From: Candidatus Stramentimicrobium fermentans
GTDB taxonomy: Bacteria > Atribacterota > Phoenicimicrobiia > Phoenicimicrobiales > Stramentimicrobiaceae
Length of the DNA: 64,000 nt
NCBI GenBank assembly: GCA_012520575.1
Contig: JAAYOB010000023.1
Coordinates: 21,572-85,571 of the forward strand
Direction: 5' to 3'
In this document: positions 57,305 through 64,000 of the stretch, one piece after another
How the letters are laid out: the number at the start of each line of letters is the position of its first letter
Numbering within the stretch: position 1 is the first letter of the stretch
Position numbers and translations under genes: made by a program
The notes under the pieces: generated by a model
Databases searched by the model: none
What the model saw: only the letters and a program-made list of their open reading frames with translations
Told to the model about the DNA's origin: nothing

Positions 57305-58588
57305 CTATATTTCTAAAACGGGGAGCAAACTTTGCCGACTGACTTTGAGGTCAGCAGGAGAAAAGACTACCAACTTAAGCTTCTGATTTTGGAATATGTC
57401 CTGAGCTAACCTGCTCAGGTCTTCTAATTTCACTCTCTCTATTTGAGCAATAATCTCATTAACACTATATTTTTTATTGTATAACAGTGCGTAACTGCAC
57501 AGGCGGAAGGCAAAGCTCATGGTATTTTCTAACCCCATCAGGACACTTCCTTTGTACATTTCTTTGGCTATCTTTAATTCAGCGGCAGTAACCCCTGTCT
57601 CTTTAATATTTTTTAATTCCTGCAATATCTTGCGGATACTATGAACCAGTTTATCAGCTATCACACCGGCATAGATATTAAATGAACCGGTTTTATCAAA
57701 ATATTGGAGGTAGGAATGGATATCATAAGCCAACCCTTCTTTAACCCGCACTCCTTGAAACAAACGAGAGCTTAACCCTCCACCTAAAATTATATTCAAT
57801 AAATCTAAAGCGAATTTGTGGTGATGAAACCGAGGAATGGCTTCAAAACCAAAACATAGATGGGCTTGGCTGACCCTTTGGGGCAGCAGTTTTAATTCCG
57901 GTGCTGAATTTTTAGTCTGTTCAAAGGGCAAGACCGGACCGGATACACCTTTTTGAACAATAAGAGGGAATTTATCCAGCATACTATTTATTTCTTCGGG
58001 AGAGATATTACCGGTAATGCTGATAACTATATTCTGAGACTGATACCTTTCTTGAAAATATCTTAATAATGAGTCCCGGTTAATACTCTGTACTGTTTTT
58101 TTCTCTCCTAAGACATCTTGTCCCAATACTGTATCTTTCCACATCAGCTTATTAATTAAAAAAACGATCCAATCTTCCGGTATATCCCGGTATTTATTAA
58201 TCTCTTCCAAAATTACATTCTTTTCCTGCTTGATATCCTCTTCTCTGAAGAGTGAGTTATTCAGAATATCAGTGAGCACTTCAAAAGCAGCAACAAATTT
58301 TTTCTGTGGTACCTTGCTATATAGAAAGGTGCACTCCTCCGAAGTAGAGGCATTTATCTCCCCGCCCAACTGCTCTATGGCTTGCGATATGGCTAAAGTA
58401 TCCGGTCTGTTTTGAGTGCCTTTAAAGAGCATATGTTCTATGAAATGGGAGATACCCTGCTCTTTTTTTGATTCATAGATGGAACCGGCTTTGATTCCTA
58501 TTACCATAGAAACGGATTGCATGTACGGCATCATGCCGGATATTACTCTAAGATTATCATCCGTGTTTGTGGTTGTAATGCTATCCAT
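57305..58588 (-). CDS. M16 (pitrilysin-family) zinc peptidase
   Basis: GISHFIEHMLFKGT (HxxEH), INASTS.E, LGGGLSSRLFQ.VR...GLAY. Confidence 0.93.
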   Translation of the reverse strand: MDSITTTNTDDNLRVISGMMPYMQSVSMVIGIKAGSIYESKKEQGISHFIEHMLFKGTQNRPDTLAISQAIEQLGGEINASTSEECTFLYSKVPQKKFVAAFEVLTDILNNSLFREEDIKQEKNVILEEINKYRDIPEDWIVFLINKLMWKDTVLGQDVLGEKKTVQSINRDSLLRYFQERYQSQNIVISITGNISPEEINSMLDKFPLIVQKGVSGPVLPFEQTKNSAPELKLLPQRVSQAHLCFGFEAIPRFHHHKFALDLLNIILGGGLSSRLFQGVRVKEGLAYDIHSYLQYFDKTGSFNIYAGVIADKLVHSIRKILQELKNIKETGVTAAELKIAKEMYKGSVLMGLENTMSFAFRLCSYALLYNKKYSVNEIIAQIERVKLEDLSRLAQDIFQNQKLKLVVFSPADLKVSRQSLLPVLEI

Positions 58589-58613
58589 ACTTTAAAATAT
58601 AACCTTTATTTTT

Positions 58614-59459
58614 TTATTCATTACCCTGAGGCTGTTTGACTACATAAACCTCTTCTAATCTATTGAAGTCAACTTCAGGTTTAATTAATATTTTTTGAAA
58701 AAGTTCATGCTTTTCTTTTCTAATAGCCACTACCCGGCCAACAATGATACCTTTGGGGATTGAGCTGCCCATGCCGGAGGTAACTATAATATCACCAATC
58801 TGAACATCTGCATCATGGGCAATATAATCAAGATAGGAATAGAAACCTTCAACTCCTCCTTTTATTACGCCCACCTCTCTGCTTCTTTGTACTAAGGCTC
58901 CCACGGAACACCCCTGGTCCAGTAATAAAATCGCTTCTGAGGTATGGTGTTCTACCTCTATAATCTTACCCACCAACCCTCTATGGGTAGCAACTCCCAT
59001 ATCGACCTCCACTCCATCCTTGCTCCCTAAATCAATAATTACACTGTGGAACCAATTGCTCGGTTCCCGGCCAATTACCTGAGCAGAGATCATCTCATAA
59101 TTATAGTACTCTTTGAATTGTATCATCTTCTCTATCTGCTCATAAGAGGCTAATTTCTCTTTCAGTAAGGCATTCTCTCTTGACAGCTCGCGGTTTTCTT
59201 GTTGTAATTGGGTATTTTTTTGTTGTATTACTTCAGTTTCTGTAAATACTTGGTAATATTTAGTAAGCAAGTTTACCGTATTATGAACCATCTGATTAAA
59301 CGGCTTTAAGATTATAAAGCCTGTATTCTTTAATAAGCCGAAAATTCCTTTACCATGGTAATCCACAGTCATAATTAAAACCGACAACAAAGTAAGACAT
59401 AAGAACAGGATGAATACTTTACTTTCTTTAGATAACCTCTTCCAAAAAAACATTTCCAT
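58614..59459 (-). CDS. mreC: Rod shape-determining protein MreC
   Basis: TM, coiled coil, AQVIGR, IIDLGSKDGV, GLVGKI, VTSGMG..PKGI.VG. Confidence 0.94.
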   Translation of the reverse strand: MEMFFWKRLSKESKVFILFLCLTLLSVLIMTVDYHGKGIFGLLKNTGFIILKPFNQMVHNTVNLLTKYYQVFTETEVIQQKNTQLQQENRELSRENALLKEKLASYEQIEKMIQFKEYYNYEMISAQVIGREPSNWFHSVIIDLGSKDGVEVDMGVATHRGLVGKIIEVEHHTSEAILLLDQGCSVGALVQRSREVGVIKGGVEGFYSYLDYIAHDADVQIGDIIVTSGMGSSIPKGIIVGRVVAIRKEKHELFQKILIKPEVDFNRLEEVYVVKQPQGNE

Positions 59460-59558
59460 CTATCCTCTTTTCCAACAATACAAATTCAGGTTCTTATTAT
59501 GGCGAGCGGGTTATTAAAAAGATAAGATATGCTCTGTAATTATTTGCCTTGGTTAGCA

Positions 59559-60623
59559 TCATCTGCTCCGAGCAGTTTTTACAAGTACACTGCTGTATTT
59601 ACTAAAATTCTCTAATGCTTCTCCTGTTCCTTTTACAGCACAATAGAGCGGCTCCCTGGATATAAAAACAGGTATTTGGATCTGTTCTTGCAGTATCTTA
59701 TCTAAATCAGCTAACAGGGAACCACCCCCGGTCATGATTAATCCCTTATTGATAATGTCAGAGACTAACTCTGGAGGAGTTCTTTCTAAAGCCGTTTTCA
59801 CCGTACTGGCTATTATCTCAACTGAACCATAAAGGGCATCTTTTAATTGTTCTTTGCTAAGCTTTATAATAACAGGTAGGCCGCTGATACGATCACGGCC
59901 TCTTACTTCGAAATAATCTTCTTTATTATGTTCCCGGTTATTATTCTTGCAGAGTTCTATTTTTAAATCTTCTGCAGTTAATTCCCCAATATAGAGACCA
60001 TGGGTTTCTTTAATATATTTGGCTATCTGCTGATTAAGGTGATCTCCGGCAACCTTAGTAATACCGTTAACCACGATTCCTCCTAAGGAAATAACCGCTA
60101 CTTCGGAGGTACCTCCGCCAATATCAAGAACAAAGTTTCCCATTGGTTCAAAAATGGGTAATCCTGCACCAATAGCGGCAGCAACCGGTTCCTCAATTAG
60201 AAATACACTTCGGGCACCACATTCATAAGCTACTTCTGATACTGCCCTTTTTTCCACTTCAGTAACGCCAGTGGGAACACAGATAGTTATGGTGGGCCTA
60301 ATAAATTTATATCGAGTAAAAATTTTTTTAATAAAATAGCGCAGCATTCCGGCTGTTGCTTCAAAATCGGCAATTACACCGTATTGCAAAGGACGAATGG
60401 TGTAAATACCTTTTGGTGTTCTCCCTATCATAGCCTTGGCTTTTAAGCCCACTTCCAAGATACGATTACTATTTCTTTGACAAGCCACTACGGAAGGCTC
60501 TTCCAGGATAATCCCTTTCCCCTTGACATATATCAAGGTAGCACTGGTACCTAAATCGATACCTATATTTCGAGAAAGAGTAAAGGGGAAAGAAAGGTTA
60601 ATTCGGCTCAAATCTTTTCCCAT
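59559..60623 (-). CDS. mreB: Rod shape-determining protein MreB
   Basis: IGIDLGT, EPSVVA, RPLQ.GVIADF, IEEPVAAAIGAG, DIGGGTSEVAVISLGG. Confidence 0.95.
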   Translation of the reverse strand: MGKDLSRINLSFPFTLSRNIGIDLGTSATLIYVKGKGIILEEPSVVACQRNSNRILEVGLKAKAMIGRTPKGIYTIRPLQYGVIADFEATAGMLRYFIKKIFTRYKFIRPTITICVPTGVTEVEKRAVSEVAYECGARSVFLIEEPVAAAIGAGLPIFEPMGNFVLDIGGGTSEVAVISLGGIVVNGITKVAGDHLNQQIAKYIKETHGLYIGELTAEDLKIELCKNNNREHNKEDYFEVRGRDRISGLPVIIKLSKEQLKDALYGSVEIIASTVKTALERTPPELVSDIINKGLIMTGGGSLLADLDKILQEQIQIPVFISREPLYCAVKGTGEALENFSKYSSVLVKTARSR

Positions 60624-60778
60624 TATAAAAAATTCCTTTTTGTTTTTAAACCAAACATCGCTTCAGTACAAGCAACTGTTTCCTTAAAGATAGCTAATTG
60701 GGCGGTATTGCTAAACATTTATCACATCTTTAAAATAATAATAGCATGTTTTTTAAGAATTAAGAAAATATATTTCCG

Positions 60779-61303
60779 TTAAAAATACCTTTTAACTTCA
60801 AATCTTTCAATCTCTACCGTCTCTTCAGAAAAAATTCCTGCTTTTTGCTTAGCGATATCGACCTGCTTCTCTACAGTATCTACACCCTCCAGGTCAGGCA
60901 GTAAAAGACCTCTTTTAAATCCGCTGCTCACTATAACCCCATATTTCTTGGGATTCAGCTGGCTGGTGTCTTTAACTTTTTCCGGAACAGAAAGGAGGTC
61001 TACCGAGATGCTCAACTGTGATACCTCATCCAACGTTACCGGAGAAAACCTGGGGTCATGAATTGCTGCAGATACGGCATTTTCTATAATCTCCTCTGCT
61101 GCATTGCGCTTAGTAGCCAAAGGTGTACCGATGCATCCCCTTAATCTATCCCCTTTATGTAATGACACAAATACTCCTGCTCGGTTTTCAATTAATTCTC
61201 CAGGTAAATCATCGGGAGGGATTAACTTTTTTTTATTTGCTAAGTAATAGTTGATACTTTTACGAGCTAATTGTACCGGGTAGCTCTCTTTTCGTTGCTC
61301 CAT
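60779..61303 (-). CDS. AMMECR1-domain protein (AmmeMemoRadiSam system protein A)
   Basis: GVFVSL..LRGCIGT, AA.HDPRF.PV, GLLLPDLEGV. Confidence 0.92.
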   Translation of the reverse strand: MEQRKESYPVQLARKSINYYLANKKKLIPPDDLPGELIENRAGVFVSLHKGDRLRGCIGTPLATKRNAAEEIIENAVSAAIHDPRFSPVTLDEVSQLSISVDLLSVPEKVKDTSQLNPKKYGVIVSSGFKRGLLLPDLEGVDTVEKQVDIAKQKAGIFSEETVEIERFEVKRYF

Positions 61304-61336
61304 TTTACCTCAACTCCTTCAGTATATATTAAAATT

Positions 61337-62347
61337 CTAACAGATTCTGGGAAGTTGCTCACCGCTTAGCATCCCCAGTAGTCTTTTACCGCCGATATCT
61401 GTTTTAAGGAATACCTCTGCTCTCCCACTGGCAATTACCCTGCCGATAATGGTGGCTTGCTCTCCTAATTTATTACCCCTCATCCTCCGTAATGCTTTCT
61501 CGGCAAATTGCTCCGGCAGAAAGGCGATTAATTTGCCCTCATTGGCTAAATAGAGAGGGTCATAGCCCAGAATTTTACAGGTGTCACGGACCATAGTGTC
61601 AATAGGTATCTTCTCTTCCAACACCTCTATCTCTACTTGAGATGATTGGGCTATCTCGTTTAGGGCAGTGGCGAGCCCGCCTCGTGTGGGATCGCGTAAA
61701 ACATGAATTTCTTTAGTCACGGATAGCATCTCCTGTACCAGCTCCGCCAGCGGGGCGGTATCGCTTATTACATTTTCTTCCAACTGCAGGTTTTCCCGGG
61801 AGGCCAGGATGCTGATACCATGATTTCCTATCGGACCATTAACGATTATAACGTCATTAACCTGTGCACTACCGGGATGGATATGAACATCATTATCGAT
61901 AAAGCCTATTCCGGTAGTATTGATAAAGATTCCATCAATATCACCTTTGTTGACAACTTTAGTATCTCCGGTAACTATCTCAACACCTGTTCTCCGCGAT
62001 GCCTCGGCCATACTGCAGGTAATCTGTTCCAATGTTTGCAAAGTGACCCCCTCTTCAATTAAAAAGGAGACACTGAAATACTTCGGAATAGCCCCGCACA
62101 TGGCTAAATCATTTACCGTTCCATGTATAGCAAGATCTCCGATATTTCCACCATTAAAAAAAAGAGGGCTGACTGTATAAGAGTCTGTAGAGAAGGCTAT
62201 TCTTTTTTTTGTCTGCGGCAATATTGCCCCATCGTGTAATTGATTCAAAATCGAATTATTAAAATATTTTAAAAATAGGGAACGAATCAGCTGATTGGTT
62301 AATTTTCCTCCACTGCCATAGTCCAACGTAATTATTTGGTCAGTCAT
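61337..62347 (-). CDS. hypE: Hydrogenase maturation protein HypE
   Basis: GSGG, TDSYTVSPLFF.GGNIG.LA..GTVNDLAM, GDTKVV, RDPTRGG, C-terminal EQLPRIC. Confidence 0.97.
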   Translation of the reverse strand: MTDQIITLDYGSGGKLTNQLIRSLFLKYFNNSILNQLHDGAILPQTKKRIAFSTDSYTVSPLFFNGGNIGDLAIHGTVNDLAMCGAIPKYFSVSFLIEEGVTLQTLEQITCSMAEASRRTGVEIVTGDTKVVNKGDIDGIFINTTGIGFIDNDVHIHPGSAQVNDVIIVNGPIGNHGISILASRENLQLEENVISDTAPLAELVQEMLSVTKEIHVLRDPTRGGLATALNEIAQSSQVEIEVLEEKIPIDTMVRDTCKILGYDPLYLANEGKLIAFLPEQFAEKALRRMRGNKLGEQATIIGRVIASGRAEVFLKTDIGGKRLLGMLSGEQLPRIC

Positions 62348-62383
62348 GGTTTCTCCTTTCTTTGGAAAATATAATTTTCAGTT

Positions 62384-62455
62384 CATGGTTTATGGCCATT
62401 GGATTATGGTTTTCGGTTTTTGGTAAAAATGGTTAACACTTGTTGGTTTTCAGTA
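62384..62455. repeat. Degenerate 7-bp-period tandem repeats
   Basis: catggtt tatggcc attggat tatggtt ttcggtt tttggta; similar tracts at 13210-13262 and 14838-14860. Confidence 0.5.
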
Positions 62456-62699
62456 AAAACAATCTCATCCACTCGTACCCGCAGTATTTATTAATTAATT
62501 AGTTAATTCGTCAGTTAAAAGAATATGTTTACAATTTCGGTTTTCGGATGCAGGATAACTAAACCATCAAAAACATACTAAACATTTCTTTATTATTTTT
62601 CTATTCGGCTTATTAAGAGTTCGTTTAATAAAGCGCAAGTTTTTTAAGTCATTTTAGGGTCTGTTCTTTAGACTGATAGCTAATAACTTAATTACGTAT

Positions 62700-63788
62700 C
62701 TAGCCTTTTACTGAGCTATACTTGTAGTATGCCGCACAGACTCCCTCACCGGAGACCATACAGGCACCTATCGGATTCCCCGGTGTACAGACTTTCCGGA
62801 AAAGTGGACATTGTAAAGGCGTAATTACACCTCGCAAGACCTCTCCACACAAGCATTGTTCATTCTCTTTGGTAATCTCCGCTACTACAGAGAAATTCCG
62901 GGCATCCCACCCGGAAAATTCAGACCTTAATGCCAACCCGCTATCTTTTACCCTTCCCATGCCCCTCCATTCGCTTTCTCTGGGGATAAAGACTTGATTT
63001 ATCAAGTTGAGAGCTGTCGGATTACCCTCTTCTCTTACCGCCCTCTTGTACTTGTTTTCTACCCTCGGGTCTTTATTAATGTTCTGCATAATAAGATGAT
63101 AGATGGCAATTAAAATATCAACAGGTTCAAAGCCGGCAATGACACAGGCAATCCCATAGCTGTCCGGAATAAACTGATAGGGTTTGCTGCCTATAATGGC
63201 ACTGACATGTCCCGGACAGAGCATACCATCTATTCTCGCCTCATGACTTCCCAAAAGAGCTTTTATGATAGGGGGCATGAGCTTTCCCAGGCTGAGCAGA
63301 TAAAAATTATTTATATTCTTCTCTTTTGCCTCCAGCACTACACTGGCCAACAAAGGTACCGTGGTCTCAAAACCAATTCCAACCAGAATAACCTTTTTTC
63401 CCGGAAACTCCAGAGCAATATCCAGCGCTTGGCTGGGAGAATAGATAATCCTTATATCAGCCCCTATTGCCTTTTCTCTTTTCAGACTGGAGGTACTTCC
63501 CGGCACATTAATCATATCACCGAAAGTAACAATTATAGTATTGTCCATTCGAGATAAAGCTATGATACGGTCAATATCGGAAATGGGGGTAACACATACC
63601 GGGCATCCGGGACCGGAAATTAGATGAATATTTTCGGGCAGCAAATCTTTTATTCCGGAACGAAAAATAGATATGGTATGGGTGCCGCAAACTTCCATAA
63701 AAGTGAAACTTTCTTCAGTCAAACTACTAATTTTAGCTATCAGGGCTTGACAGAGTTCTTTATCGCGGTACTCATCATAATATTTCAA
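62700..63788 (-). CDS. hypD: Hydrogenase maturation protein HypD
   Basis: MEVCGTHT, GPGCPVCVTP, GFETT, PGHVS, PIGACMVSGEGVCAAYY. Confidence 0.97.
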   Translation of the reverse strand: MKYYDEYRDKELCQALIAKISSLTEESFTFMEVCGTHTISIFRSGIKDLLPENIHLISGPGCPVCVTPISDIDRIIALSRMDNTIIVTFGDMINVPGSTSSLKREKAIGADIRIIYSPSQALDIALEFPGKKVILVGIGFETTVPLLASVVLEAKEKNINNFYLLSLGKLMPPIIKALLGSHEARIDGMLCPGHVSAIIGSKPYQFIPDSYGIACVIAGFEPVDILIAIYHLIMQNINKDPRVENKYKRAVREEGNPTALNLINQVFIPRESEWRGMGRVKDSGLALRSEFSGWDARNFSVVAEITKENEQCLCGEVLRGVITPLQCPLFRKVCTPGNPIGACMVSGEGVCAAYYKYSSVKG

Positions 63789-64000
63789 GATTCAAGCTCC
63801 TCCCAGGCTTGTTCTATCTCATTTGCTTGCTGAAAATCTACTTTAGTAATAGCATATCCGGCATGAACCAGAACATAATCACCATCTTTTACTTCCGGTA
63901 AAAGGCTAACTCTAATCAGTTTTTTTACCTTTCCCAACAAGACTTCTGCCTGCTCATTATCAATTTTTTTTATTATCTTACCCGGTATAGCTAAACACAT
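63785..64000 (-). CDS. hypC: Hydrogenase maturation chaperone HypC
   Basis: MCLAIPGK..GDYVLVHAGYAI; start codon at the window edge. Confidence 0.96.
   Translation of the reverse strand: MCLAIPGKIIKKIDNEQAEVLLGKVKKLIRVSLLPEVKDGDYVLVHAGYAITKVDFQQANEIEQAWEELES

Noticed and set aside
1-64000. CRISPR array, rRNA, prophage, intein or TGA recoding
   Set aside because: No regularly spaced repeats or phage genes; DnaB is normal length; TGA ends complete genes (lptB, lptC, ompM)

Overview
A 64 kb AT-rich bacterial chromosomal window, almost all on the minus strand, with no rRNA, CRISPR array, integrase or intact transposase. The right half is a Firmicutes-like housekeeping run: hypCDE, an AMMECR1 protein, mreBC, an M16 peptidase, rpsF-rpsR-yybS-rplI-dnaB, five tRNAs, rsmA, spoVG, glmU-prs-rplY-pth-pfkA-mfd-mazG. 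It leads into a diderm outer-membrane cluster: TolC/MFP/RND, BamA, Skp, LptB, DUF3084, SLH-porin OmpM, LptC, LptA, LptF/G and an LptD-like protein, with no lpx/kds genes in the window. This content points to an anaerobic diderm Terrabacterium; Atribacterota (JS1-like) is my inference, not a verified assignment. The left ~17 kb is an envelope accessory region. It holds an ECF sigma with a zinc-finger anti-sigma bearing an extracytoplasmic glycogen-binding-type domain, and a separately transcribed lipoprotein with 30 Cys in its mature part. It also holds two Ig-like and two exported CxxC thioredoxin-fold proteins, an O-antigen-ligase/TPR protein, a broken wzz, ugd, a PglK-like ABC flippase and a GT8. 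My best candidate for an undescribed system is this cluster, read as a disulfide-rich, possibly glycosylated surface lipoprotein with its own redox and glycosylation machinery. All assignments come from motif recognition by eye; no database searches were run.
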